From assembly GCA_029881495.1 (NCBI GenBank), contig JAOUMJ010000008.1, positions 7,160-39,159 on the forward strand: a stretch of 32,000 bases of DNA. The letters are read 5' to 3'. Source of the stretch: Nitrospinota bacterium (GTDB taxonomy: Bacteria; Nitrospinota_A; UBA7883; JACRGQ01). Under the pieces are notes generated by a model. It ran no database searches, was not told where the DNA came from, and saw only the letters and a list, made by a program, of their open reading frames with translations. Shown piece after piece: positions 20,235 through 26,925 of this stretch. Made by a program: the position numbers and the translations under genes. Position 1 is the stretch's first letter, and each line of letters begins with the position of its first letter.

Positions 20235-20657
20235 ATGGCAAGTAAAAAATTCGCCGACTTGGGAAACATAAAGGCGTTTCTCGGTCACGGCACAGAATTC
20301 GAGGGTCTTCTCAGTTTTGAAGGTACGGTTCGTCTTGACGGAGTTTTTAAAGGTGAGATCCAGTCAGCCGACTGTCTGATTATCGGCGATACCGCGAGGG
20401 TTGAGGCTGAGGTTAACATAGGCCGTCTTGTTGTAATGGGGAGACTGCAGGGCAACGTGAGGGCCAGCGACAAGGTGGAGATTTCTTCCACGGGCAATAT
20501 CGAAGGTGATATCGTCACACCGATAATCATGATTGAGGAAGGGGCAAATCTTGAGGGTAGCATCCACATGCACAGTCAACAGCCTGCCACATCGAAACCT
20601 CAAAAGGAGACGCTTATAAAAACTCAGTCTTCTCAGGCGGAAGAGAGTATCAACTGA
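20235..20657 (+). CDS. bactofilin (polymer-forming cytoskeletal protein, DUF583)
   Basis: 140 aa. Beta-helical repeat pattern typical of bactofilins (FEGLLSFEGTVRLDGVFKGEIQSADCLIIGDTARVEAEVNIGRLVVMGRLQGNVRASDKVEISSTGNIEGDI) and a polar disordered C-tail. Confidence 0.88.
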   Translation: MASKKFADLGNIKAFLGHGTEFEGLLSFEGTVRLDGVFKGEIQSADCLIIGDTARVEAEVNIGRLVVMGRLQGNVRASDKVEISSTGNIEGDIVTPIIMIEEGANLEGSIHMHSQQPATSKPQKETLIKTQSSQAEESIN

Positions 20658-20806
20658 CCCGGATAGATATCCTGGCGGAGTAAAGATTCCCGCCCTGTCC
20701 GCTACTTTGTATTCTGTTTGCCGTGCGGCAGTTTCTTTTTATCCCAGCTGAAAAACCACTTTGTAAGAGGTGGTAAAGCCATTAGTATGGTCATGAATTT
20801 GATTTT

Positions 20807-20883
20807 GCGCCCGTAGCTCAGCTGGATAGAGCATCTGACTTCGGATCAGAGGGTCGGGAGTTCGAATCTCTCCGGGCGCGCCA
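20807..20883 (+). tRNA. tRNA-Arg (anticodon TCG), encoded CCA
   Basis: Hand-folded. Acceptor gcgcccg/cgggcgc. D arm gctc-agctggata-gagc. Anticodon stem tctga/tcaga with loop ctTCGga. T arm gggag-ttcgaat-ctctc with one G-U pair. Discriminator G followed by CCA. Confidence 0.88.
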
Positions 20884-20951
20884 TTTTTCAATTTGCGTAT
20901 TTTCCCCGCCATAGATATGCCGGATAGGGAATTCGAACTTTTCATAACTTG

Positions 20952-20988
20952 AAATTTGGCGCGGTCGGTTCCGCATCGCCAAATTTTT
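20952..20988 (+). terminator. hairpin plus short T-run downstream of tRNA-Arg
   Basis: Perfect 10-bp inverted repeat aaatttggcg / cgccaaattt around a 15-nt loop that contains an inner gcgg/ccgc pairing, followed by TT. The outer stem is AT-rich, so strength is uncertain. Confidence 0.4.
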
Positions 20989-21061
20989 CATGGTTTTAAA
21001 TCCGGTTAAATAGTTATAAACTCACTCCTAAGGGTCTCTTTCGTGGATTGTAGGAGTGGAA

Positions 21062-22294
21062 ATGATTAAAAAGATTCCGGTGGAACAGTTGAAGCCTGGG
21101 ATGTTCGTCCATGATTTCAACTGCGGGTGGCTTGACCATCCGTTCCTTAAAAATGCGGTTCTCATCAAAAACGACTCCATGATCAAAAAAGTCATTGAGG
21201 TAGGCATAAGGGAAGTCTATATCGACGCATCAAAAGGCCTTGATTCGGGAGAAGCGCCTCTCAAGGAGGAAGAAGACAAAAAAACAGCGGCGTCCGTAAA
21301 AAGAATAGTCGATGAATATCCGCAGGTGGAGAACCTCGTTCCTATGATGCAGGAGATAGAAAAGGCGGCGGAGATAAAGGAAGAGGCCAAAAAGGCGATC
21401 ACCGGCGTGATGGAAGACTTGCAGGCGGGCAAGGAGCTTGAAAAAGAGAAGATAGACCTTGTAGTCGAGGAGATGGTCGAATCCGTCATAAGGAACAAGC
21501 ATGCGCTGACCAGCCTCAGCCGGGTGAAAAAGAAAGACGAATATACATATATGCACTCTGTGAACGTATCGATACTGATGATATCGTTTTGCAGAACCAT
21601 GAAGATGAGCAAGTCTGATATCGCGGTTTTCGGAACCGGAGCCTTGCTGCATGACATAGGGAAGATGAAGGTCTCTCAGGCACTCCTTAACAAGCCTTCC
21701 AAGCTGACGGATGATGAGTTTGCGCAGATGAAAATGCATGCGGTATACAGCGGGGAGATACTGACGGAGACGGGCGATTTTTCTCAGAAGGCTATTGACG
21801 TCGCTTCACAGCATCACGAAAGGTTCGATGGTACCGGATACCCAAAAGGGTTGAAGGGGGACAAGATAAGTCAGGGGGGGCAGATGTCCTCGATAGTAGA
21901 TGTTTACGATGCCATCACCTCGGACCGATGCTACCATACCGGAATGGACCCTTCGGAGGCATTAAAGAAGATATTTGAGTGGAGCAAATACCACTTTGAT
22001 CCGAAACTTGTGCAGTACTACATACGGAGCGTGGGGATATATCCTGTTGGTACGCTTGTCAGGCTCGAAAGTGATTACCTGGCAGTTGTTATGCAACCGG
22101 GAGAAGAGGATTTAACGAAGCCAAAAGTGAAGATCATTTATGATGTTGACCGGGATTGGCCGGTAGAGCCGAGGGTCCTTGACCTGGCAAAACCTGCCGT
22201 TGGCGTTTCGACCCAGGACAGGATCGTTTCAACTGAATCACCGCTGAAATGGAAAATCAATCCGCTGAAATATATCGATTTTCTGAATCAATAG
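21062..22294 (+). CDS. HD-GYP domain protein (putative c-di-GMP phosphodiesterase) with DUF3391-like N-domain
   Basis: HD motif GALLHDIGK and HHERFDGTGYPKGL (GYP). N-terminal KIPVEQLKPGMFVHDFNCGWLDHPF is typical of the DUF3391 domain that precedes HD-GYP modules. ATG 21062 with SD AGGAG is preferred over GTG 21056. Confidence 0.9.
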   Translation: MIKKIPVEQLKPGMFVHDFNCGWLDHPFLKNAVLIKNDSMIKKVIEVGIREVYIDASKGLDSGEAPLKEEEDKKTAASVKRIVDEYPQVENLVPMMQEIEKAAEIKEEAKKAITGVMEDLQAGKELEKEKIDLVVEEMVESVIRNKHALTSLSRVKKKDEYTYMHSVNVSILMISFCRTMKMSKSDIAVFGTGALLHDIGKMKVSQALLNKPSKLTDDEFAQMKMHAVYSGEILTETGDFSQKAIDVASQHHERFDGTGYPKGLKGDKISQGGQMSSIVDVYDAITSDRCYHTGMDPSEALKKIFEWSKYHFDPKLVQYYIRSVGIYPVGTLVRLESDYLAVVMQPGEEDLTKPKVKIIYDVDRDWPVEPRVLDLAKPAVGVSTQDRIVSTESPLKWKINPLKYIDFLNQ

Positions 22295-22342
22295 CCTAAT
22301 CAGTTCATGCAGGTCGCATGGTAATGACTGTTTTATTACAAA

Positions 22343-22768
22343 CTAAACTGCACTGCCGGCAAGATACCGCTCAAAAGCTCTTTTGCCACGCCTTGCTCTT
22401 GCGGGATTTCCAGGGTGCTGAAACGCATAGACAACGCTGTAAATATACTTCAGCACAAAGTTCAGTATTTTGTAATACGGTATTTCCCGTAATGTTTGTC
22501 GTATATCAAGCACTATCTTCAGCGCTGGTGAGATAAAGCTAGACAAAGTCATAAGCAACACATAGTTGATAACACCCAAACTATGGGTTATTTCCATCTC
22601 ATTTGATCCCTTATCAGTTCTAACGCTCTCTTTTCCCTGAGGCCCGATTTTACTACAAATTTCTTCTGTGACAACCGGCAAATTGTCATCATGGTAGCGA
22701 GGCCCCTTTTTTGCCTCAATTCCAGAAAGATCTATTATTTCAACTTTTAACATTTCGGTTGTTTTCAT
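22343..22768 (-). CDS. orphan 141-aa protein, polar N-half, at least one predicted TM segment, basic C-tail (island gene P1)
   Basis: ATG at 22768 preceded by AGGGG. It has its own perfect sigma54 promoter about 85 nt upstream. Hydrophobic segment LGVINYVLLMTLSSFISPALKIVL. No family recognised. The 3' third is more GC-rich and Arg/Ala-rich, so the true C-terminus is uncertain. Confidence 0.5.
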   Translation of the reverse strand: MKTTEMLKVEIIDLSGIEAKKGPRYHDDNLPVVTEEICSKIGPQGKESVRTDKGSNEMEITHSLGVINYVLLMTLSSFISPALKIVLDIRQTLREIPYYKILNFVLKYIYSVVYAFQHPGNPARARRGKRAFERYLAGSAV

Positions 22769-22851
22769 AAACACCCCTATTGGTTTTAAGTATTTATATC
22801 TTCTTTGTTCCTATGATCTCTTTTCGGTATTTTCGATAATAACTAAAGGGT

Positions 22852-22867
22852 TGCAAAGTACGTGCCA
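22852..22867 (-). promoter_or_regulatory. sigma54 (-24/-12) promoter, perfect consensus, upstream of P1
   Basis: The minus strand reads TGGCACGtactTTGCA, matching TGGCACG-N4-TTGCA at every conserved position. Confidence 0.8.
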
Positions 22868-22905
22868 CAGTTGAAGACATTGTATGTCATTGATAATATA
22901 GGGCA

Positions 22906-23063
22906 ATTATTTTCAGATTCAAAAGAATGACGGTATATTCTATTTTTTCTGACTATTTTCAAATGTTTACGAAATCATTAATTAAAGGATCATGTTTATA
23001 TATTGATGCCAGTAGCCAAATATGTTGCTAGTGGTTTGAATATTAAATAAAAACCACTTTTTT
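22906..23063 (+). ncRNA. candidate small plus-strand transcript (orphan promoter to intrinsic terminator); may instead carry a 34-codon ORF at 22927..23031
   Basis: TTGAAG (22871-76), a 17-nt spacer, then TAATAT (22894-99) on the plus strand. About 130 nt later comes a hairpin (stem 23030-37 / 23051-58) followed by TTTTTT-type run (23058-63). No annotated plus-strand gene is present here. Confidence 0.25.
23030..23063 (+). terminator. intrinsic-terminator-like hairpin plus T6, oriented for the plus strand
   Basis: aGTGGTTT, a 13-nt loop, AAACCACt, then a T-run. On the minus strand (downstream of P2) the same hairpin is preceded by an A-tract and is not followed by a U-tract. Confidence 0.4.
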
Positions 23064-23076
23064 CAGCTCGGGAGCG

Positions 23077-23313
23077 CTAGTTTGCTGCGAGGTCGAACCT
23101 GTCTACTTCATGCGAAAAAGGATTGTTGATTCTGTGAATATGGTTTGCCAAAGCCGGATATTTTGCCGCTACATGCGCGATTACAACCTGTTGGCGCATG
23201 GCTTTTGCCTCCAATTCGATCTTCCTTTTGATCTCCTTTGAAGTTCCGTTCCCGCTAAGTTCGACTAGCTGAGTCAGTTTTACAAGTTCGAGAAATTCAT
23301 TTTCGTTTAGCAT
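23077..23313 (-). CDS. orphan 78-aa predicted all-helical protein (island gene P2)
   Basis: ATG at 23313 with a strong SD (AGGATGAGGTGAT). A sigma54-type promoter lies about 85 nt upstream. No family recognised. Confidence 0.55.
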   Translation of the reverse strand: MLNENEFLELVKLTQLVELSGNGTSKEIKRKIELEAKAMRQQVVIAHVAAKYPALANHIHRINNPFSHEVDRFDLAAN

Positions 23314-23395
23314 TTTATCACCTCATCCTTTTTATCGGTTATTGGCAACCGACGCATAAATTATTCTAGTTACTTCTTCTCATGCCCGTTGTAAT

Positions 23396-23411
23396 TGCAT
23401 ACACCGTACCA
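23396..23411 (-). promoter_or_regulatory. sigma54 (-24/-12) type promoter upstream of P2
   Basis: The minus strand reads TGGTACGgtgtATGCA. GG and GC are at the correct 10-nt spacing. There are two mismatches to consensus outside the core dinucleotides. Confidence 0.6.
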
Positions 23412-23587
23412 AATTTACCCAGGTAAATGCCTATAAAAAACAATATCTTACGATAGTGATTCTGAGTATCTGTTTATTTTCTTGCGGGGTATCTACAAAT
23501 GTTGATGGTTTGATGCGGTCATACAAATAATCTCGTCCGCATGGCAGATTATGATTGTCCGGCTTTATTTTTAGCGGATACCGGTAT

Positions 23588-23773
23588 TTACCCGATCTGG
23601 GTTACGCATCCTTCCCACCATCGGCAACCGATTTTTTGGCATCCTCTGTTCTGTTTGTAGCAGTCGTTATGGCCATTTAAGAGTTGGAGTTTTCTGATTT
23701 TGTCAGGATTTTTCTGGGCCCATTCAATTGTATGTCTCCAGCTATCTTGACCTTTTTCGGTAGTATTTAGCAT
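23588..23773 (-). CDS. orphan 61-aa protein with C-terminal four-cysteine cluster (island gene P3)
   Basis: ATG at 23773 with SD AGAGGTGG. The upstream GTG at 23818 would sit at the predicted transcription start. C-terminus is DCYKQNRGCQKIGCRWWEGCVTQIG (C-x6-C-x4-C-x5-C). No family recognised. Confidence 0.55.
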   Translation of the reverse strand: MLNTTEKGQDSWRHTIEWAQKNPDKIRKLQLLNGHNDCYKQNRGCQKIGCRWWEGCVTQIG

Positions 23774-23826
23774 AGCCACCTCTTTCCTATTGTGTATATC
23801 GGTTAATTTTGCTTCCACCTTTATTT

Positions 23827-23842
23827 TGCAGACTTTATGCCA
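23827..23842 (-). promoter_or_regulatory. sigma54 (-24/-12) type promoter upstream of P3
   Basis: The minus strand reads TGGCATAaagtCTGCA. GG and GC are at the correct spacing. It lies about 55 nt upstream of the ATG at 23773. Confidence 0.6.
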
Positions 23843-23908
23843 AAGATAAGCGGTTTATCATATTGATATATAAAGAGATAAATCGGCATATTTCCGGTTT
23901 AAAGGTGA

Positions 23909-23937
23909 TTTTGCACAAAATCATAACAAATGCAAAA
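23909..23937. promoter_or_regulatory. inverted repeat TTTTGCA-N15-TGCAAAA, candidate enhancer (bEBP) site for the P3 promoter
   Basis: Perfect 7-bp inverted repeat centred about 83 bp upstream of the -24 GG of the P3 promoter. This distance is typical for sigma54 activator sites. Confidence 0.35.
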
Positions 23938-23944
23938 GTAGGAT

Positions 23945-23964
23945 AAAAAACCAATTTTCATTGG
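23945..23964 (-). terminator. weak hairpin plus U6 after moaA
   Basis: The minus strand reads CCAAT-gaaa-ATTGG followed by TTTTTT, 22 nt after the moaA stop. The stem is only 5 bp. Confidence 0.35.
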
Positions 23965-23986
23965 CAATACAGGCGGGAACTGCGCG

Positions 23987-24976
23987 TTATCCGCCGATCG
24001 AGGCCATCCCTTTTCCGGTAGTAGTCATGGAGTCCGTTTCCAGTCCATGTCCGCGCGGTTTGCAGAGTATTGCTTCGCTGAATTTTTCAAGGAACCAGCT
24101 GTCCTCCATTTGTTCCCTCAGACCGTATGCCAGGTCAATCTCGCTATCTGAAAAGAGGCATGATCGAAGGCTCCCTTCCGCTGTCAGCCGCAAGCGGTTA
24201 CAGCCATCACAGAATTTCTCGGTCATCGGGGAGACGAAGCCGATCTTCCCGGTTCCACCCCCTAACTTGAAAACTTTTGCAGGGCCATTATGCTTGCCAT
24301 AATTCCCATCCGGCATAAGCTCGTATTTCTCACGGATCAATCTTTCAATATCACGATTCGGCAGCTTCTCCTTCCCGTTCCAGAGGCGGTTGTGAGCTGT
24401 CGGCATCATTTCAATAAACCTTATTTCCACCGGCAGTCTCCTTGCCAGTTCAGCGAATGCGGGGATCTCGTCATCGTTGAATCCTTTTATGCCGACGACA
24501 TTGATCTTTACCGGAAAGATATCTTCTTCGCAGATCTTTTCTATTGAGTCGAGCACCTTTCCTAGAACATCCGAGCCCGAAAGCTCCTTCATCCGGTCTG
24601 TTTTCAGGGTATCAAGTGAAATATTAATCCTGTCGAGACCGGCTCTTTTAAGTTCGCCGGCCATTTTCCCCAGGAGTACGCCGTTCGTAGTAAGCGTTAC
24701 CTCCTCAATACCGCTTATATTTTTGATATCCCTTACCAAAGTGACGATCCCCTTGCGGATAAGGGGTTCACCGCCGGTAAGGCGGATTTTCCTTACACCG
24801 GCGCCACTGAAAATTCTTATAAGCCGGGTGATTTCCCTTATCGTAAGGATGTCCCCCTGAGGGTAGATGTTCTGCCCGGACGGCATGCAATAGGCACATT
24901 TCAGGTTGCACCGGGGGGTCACCGATACGCGCAGATATGACACGCTTCTCCCGTATTGATCCTTCTGCTCATTCAT
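23987..24976 (-). CDS. moaA: GTP 3',8-cyclase MoaA (radical SAM, molybdenum cofactor biosynthesis)
   Basis: 329 aa. YLRVSVTPRCNLKCAYCMP (CxxxCxxC). C-terminal auxiliary cluster motif FCDGCNRLRLTAEGSLRSCLF. Terminal GG. Same length and layout as E. coli MoaA. Confidence 0.93.
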   Translation of the reverse strand: MNEQKDQYGRSVSYLRVSVTPRCNLKCAYCMPSGQNIYPQGDILTIREITRLIRIFSGAGVRKIRLTGGEPLIRKGIVTLVRDIKNISGIEEVTLTTNGVLLGKMAGELKRAGLDRINISLDTLKTDRMKELSGSDVLGKVLDSIEKICEEDIFPVKINVVGIKGFNDDEIPAFAELARRLPVEIRFIEMMPTAHNRLWNGKEKLPNRDIERLIREKYELMPDGNYGKHNGPAKVFKLGGGTGKIGFVSPMTEKFCDGCNRLRLTAEGSLRSCLFSDSEIDLAYGLREQMEDSWFLEKFSEAILCKPRGHGLETDSMTTTGKGMASIGG

Positions 24977-25018
24977 GAAATATATCCATTGCCTTCTTTA
25001 ATCTGTAAAATGTTTCGC

Positions 25019-25264
25019 ATGAAGATATTGTACTTTGCATCGCTCCGCGAGCATCTTGGCCGCTCAGAAGAGTATTTCACCATAGATACAAAAACAACCG
25101 TTAAGGTTTTTTTCATGGAGAATATTTCGGGCAGGGTAAAGGGGCTAAACCCGGAAAAATTTCTCTACGCGATCAATGAGGAGATGGCAGATGCCGACGC
25201 GGAGCTTTCAGACGACGATACGCTCGCTATCATGCCCCCTCTGTCGGGCGGTTCCCGCGAATGA
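25019..25264 (+). CDS. moaD: molybdopterin synthase sulfur-carrier subunit MoaD (with 3 residues after the Gly-Gly)
   Basis: MKILYFASLREHLG.., a ThiS/MoaD beta-grasp of about 81 aa, ending ..MPPLSGG-SRE. The stop overlaps the moaE ATG (gaATGA). The start could also be ATG 25010. Confidence 0.85.
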   Translation: MKILYFASLREHLGRSEEYFTIDTKTTVKVFFMENISGRVKGLNPEKFLYAINEEMADADAELSDDDTLAIMPPLSGGSRE

Positions 25265-25677
25265 CAAGGATTCAGCAGGACGATTTTTCTATGGACAGGG
25301 AGATCGCCCTCTGTCTCGGCGACAGGAGGGACGCCGGTGGTGTGGCAACCTTTGTCGGAATAGTTCGCGACATATCGAAGGACAAAAAGATCTTGAAAAT
25401 TGAATTTTCTCATTATGGCGCGATGGCCGACAAGGAGCTTGCAGGGGTGCGCCGAACCGCGATGGAAAGATTCGACATAATCAATCTGTCGATAGTTCAC
25501 CGCGTTGGCACTCTTTTCCCAGGCGACAGAATTGTCGGCATCGCCGCCGTCGCGCGCCACAGGGGACCTGCCTTTGAGGCTTGCGAGTTTGCCATTACGG
25601 AGCTGAAAAAAAAAGTTCCTATCTGGAAAAAGGAATTTACAGAAGAGGGCGAAGAGTGGGTCGAAGAGACGCCGTAA
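25261..25677 (+). CDS. moaE: molybdopterin synthase catalytic subunit MoaE
   Basis: 138 aa. Motifs GGVATFVGIVRD, EFSHYGAMADKEL, HRVGTLFPGDRIVGIAAVARHRGPAFEACEFAITELKKKVPIWKKE. Confidence 0.92.
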   Translation: MTRIQQDDFSMDREIALCLGDRRDAGGVATFVGIVRDISKDKKILKIEFSHYGAMADKELAGVRRTAMERFDIINLSIVHRVGTLFPGDRIVGIAAVARHRGPAFEACEFAITELKKKVPIWKKEFTEEGEEWVEETP

Positions 25678-25707
25678 AGCAAGTTCAAATTTAATAGGAT
25701 TGGATAA

Positions 25708-26925
25708 ATGAAAAAGGAAAGATTGATGGCCCATGCCCGCGCAGTCTCGCTGATGCTCGGTAGAGTTCCTCTTATCGCAACGGAAAATATCTCATTGAAC
25801 TGCGCGGAGGGGAGAGTTCTTCGCGAAGATATCAGGTCCGACAGGCCGCTCCCCCCCTTCAACCGCTCCGCCATGGACGGCTACGCTGTCAAGTATTCGG
25901 ATCTTTCCGCAGGAAGAAAGATATTCAAACCGGTGGGGATGATCGAAGCAGGTTCAAACTTTTTAGGGAAACTGCAAAAGGGTGAGGCAATAAAAATAAT
26001 GACAGGCGCGCCGGTACCCGATGGGGCCGATATGGTGGTCAAGGTAGAACATTCAAAACTCTCGGGCAAGCATGTCGAGCTGATCGAGACAAAGCCGGAA
26101 AGATGGCTGAATGTACACCGCCACGGCTCGGATACGAAAAAAGGGGCCGTTGTCATGAAGTCGGGGACGGAGTTGTCGCCGTTGAACCTAAGCGTCGCCG
26201 CATCCGTAGGCGCGGTGAAGCTAAAGGTGTCGAAAAAAATAAAAATCCTGGTTGTCACTACCGGTAATGAGATAATCTCCCCGTCGGCATCGCCAAAACC
26301 ATCACAGGTGCGGGATAGCAATGCGAGTTTTCTCCACGCCCGATTTTCATCTCTCAATCTTGTCGAGGCCGATTTCAAGGGGCCTATCAGAGATGAACCC
26401 GGTTTGCTGGAGAAAACTTTCAGAAATGGAATTGAGAAATACGACATGCTCATCGTCACCGGCGGAGTTTCGATGGGGGATTCGGATTTTACTCACGGCC
26501 TGATGGAGAGAATAGGTGTAAGCAAGGTTTTTCATCGCCTTGCGATAAGACCGGGGAAGCCTGTCTGGTTTGGCGCCAGGGGGAAGAAGGTTGTATTCGG
26601 CCTTCCGGGAAACCCCGTTTCCGTTTCGGCGACATTCCATGAGTTCGTACTGCCGGCGATCCGCAGGATGTCGGGGATGGAAAGAATTCTCCCCTTCTCG
26701 GTGCGCCTCCCACTGGCTGTGGATGTAAATAAGAAAAACGGTCTAAAGGAGTTCCGCGTGGGGAATATTTCTGCGGACAGTACGTCCGTTGCGCCCGTGA
26801 AAAGCTACAAGGGGTCGGGTGATTTTTATTCGGCTTCTTTCAGCGACGGCCTTATAGTTTTTCCAGAAGAATCCCGCCTGTTCAAGAGCGGGGAAGTGTT
26901 GGAATTTCATCCATGGCGATTTTGA
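25708..26925 (+). CDS. moeA: molybdopterin molybdenumtransferase MoeA
   Basis: 405 aa. Motifs PLPPFNRSAMDGYAV, IMTGAPVPDGADMVV, a MoCF_biosynth domain (VTTGNEI, VTGGVSMGDSDF), and GLPGNPVS. Confidence 0.93.
   Translation: MKKERLMAHARAVSLMLGRVPLIATENISLNCAEGRVLREDIRSDRPLPPFNRSAMDGYAVKYSDLSAGRKIFKPVGMIEAGSNFLGKLQKGEAIKIMTGAPVPDGADMVVKVEHSKLSGKHVELIETKPERWLNVHRHGSDTKKGAVVMKSGTELSPLNLSVAASVGAVKLKVSKKIKILVVTTGNEIISPSASPKPSQVRDSNASFLHARFSSLNLVEADFKGPIRDEPGLLEKTFRNGIEKYDMLIVTGGVSMGDSDFTHGLMERIGVSKVFHRLAIRPGKPVWFGARGKKVVFGLPGNPVSVSATFHEFVLPAIRRMSGMERILPFSVRLPLAVDVNKKNGLKEFRVGNISADSTSVAPVKSYKGSGDFYSASFSDGLIVFPEESRLFKSGEVLEFHPWRF

Noticed and set aside
20927-20938. GGGAATTCGAAC, 44 nt after tRNA-Arg, resembles the tRNA T-arm GGGAGTTCGAAT (10/12 identity), suggesting an att-like partial duplication.
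   Set aside because: It is too short and imperfect. No second copy bounds the AT-rich island at 22.3-24.0 kb, and the HD-GYP gene between them has core-like composition.
20739-20945. A 68-aa minus-strand ORF.
   Set aside because: It is antisense to tRNA-Arg and is an artefact of the tRNA sequence.
22318-22536. A 72-aa plus-strand ORF just after the HD-GYP gene.
   Set aside because: It has no SD. It is antisense to P1, which has both an SD and a perfect sigma54 promoter. Its Cys/Gln/His-rich composition looks non-coding.
23588-24976. A radical SAM enzyme next to a Cys-rich small peptide (P3) looked like a RiPP (sactipeptide/ranthipeptide-type) cluster.
   Set aside because: The radical SAM protein is a textbook MoaA: 329 aa, CxxxCxxC, a C-terminal FCDGCNRLR..C cluster, terminal GG. 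It is divergent from moaD-moaE-moeA in a complete Moco operon. A hairpin plus U-tract and a separate sigma54 promoter lie between it and P3. Adjacency alone does not support a functional link.
24977-25018. I looked for a Moco riboswitch (moaA motif) upstream of moaA or moaD.
   Set aside because: The divergent intergenic region is only about 35-40 nt, far too short for the approximately 130-nt riboswitch. No such conserved structure was seen.
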